NCBI RefSeq assembly: GCF_004010195.1
Contig: NC_057718.1
Location: forward strand, 56,410,009 to 56,444,694
Reading direction: 5' to 3'
Source of the DNA: Chiloscyllium plagiosum
Taxonomy: Eukaryota
Length of the DNA: 34,686 bases
Shown: piece after piece, positions 33,928-34,686 of the stretch
Layout: each line of letters starts with the position of its first letter
How positions within the stretch are numbered: position 1 is the stretch's first letter
Made by a program: the position numbers and the translations under genes
Notes under the pieces: generated by a model
Told to the model about the DNA's origin: nothing
Database searches by the model: none
The model's input: the letters and a program-made list of their open reading frames with translations, nothing else

Positions 33928-34686
33928 CTCTTCCTTTTGGATACTGTTGGGGGGACGACTTACCAGGGGAAAGCAGTGGGGCACAGGCTATGGCACAGAG
34001 TCTGTCCCTGCTGCTCAGAAGGGAAGGGGGAAGAGGAGCAGAGCAGTAGTCACTGGGGACTCAATAGTTAGGGGGACAGATAGGAGGTTCTGTGGGGACG
34101 AGAGAGACTCACAGTTGGTGTGTTGCCTCCCAGGTGCCAGGGTTTGTAATGTCTCTGATCGTGTTTTTGAGATCCTTAAGGGGGAGGGGGAGCAGTCCCA
34201 AGTCGTGGTCCACATAGGCACCAACGACATAGGTAGGAAGAGAGATGGGGATTTAAGGCAGAAATTCAGGGAGCTAGGATGGAAGCTTAGAGCTATGACG
34301 AACAGAGTTGTTGTCTCTGGTTTGTTGCCCGTGCCACGTGCTAGTGAGGCGAGGAATAGGGAGAGAGAGGAGTTGAACACGTGGCTACAGGGATGGTGCA
34401 GGAGGGAGGGTTTTGGATTCTTGGATAATTGGGGCTCTTTCTGGGGTAGGCGGGACCTCTACAAGCAGGATGGTCTTCATCTGAACCAGAGGAGTACCAA
34501 TATCCTGGGGGGGAAATTCACTTAGGCTATTGGGGTGGGTTTAAACTAATCCAGCAGAGAGATGGGAACCAAAATTGTAGTTCGAGTATAGAAAAGGTAG
34601 AGAGTAGGGAGGTCCGAAATCAAGTTTCAGGGTCGCAATATGGCACCGGCAAGCAAGAAGTTGGTTTGAAGTGTGTCTACCTCAAC
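33928..34686 (+). mobile_element. CR1 LINE of a different subfamily: ORF1 esterase domain (33947-34525), then start of ORF2; runs off the right edge
   Basis: SGNH blocks GDS, GTND and DGLH all present; the window ends in GLKCVYLN, the typical start of the CR1 APE endonuclease. Confidence 0.85.

Noticed and set aside
33947..34525. Host SGNH/GDSL esterase gene
   Set aside because: Intronless, in an array with frameshifted paralogues and followed by a CR1 ORF2 start: it is LINE ORF1.

Overview
Eukaryotic, repeat-rich genomic DNA from a cartilaginous fish. This is inferred from the HE1-like V-SINEs, CR1/HER1 LINEs and shark-type Penelope elements; a carpet shark is plausible but not proven. The only host gene I can support is the 5' part of MTIF2 (mitochondrial translation initiation factor 2) on the minus strand. 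It has a CpG-rich promoter and probable non-coding first exon at about 23.5-23.7 kb, then four phase-compatible coding exons (18602-18799, 10760-10871, 8967-9138, 6708-6868) that reach the G1/G2 motifs of the GTPase domain. The remaining exons appear to lie left of the window. Most of the rest is decayed retroelements (Penelope-like, CR1, Rex1/Babar, L1, L2, tRNA-SINEs) plus one assembly gap. The most striking non-coding signal is about a dozen minimal hammerhead-ribozyme cores (CUGANGA-stem II-GAAA-palindromic stem III) in the terminal repeats of four different Penelope-like families. Several occur as inverted pairs or ORF-less mini-elements. Other notable structures are a direct repeat bracketing the MTIF2 start-codon exon, a duplicated YY1-like promoter module, a uORF whose stop overlaps the MTIF2 ATG, and a head-to-tail array of CR1 5'UTR/ORF1 (esterase) units. 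All calls were made by eye and repeat boundaries are approximate.
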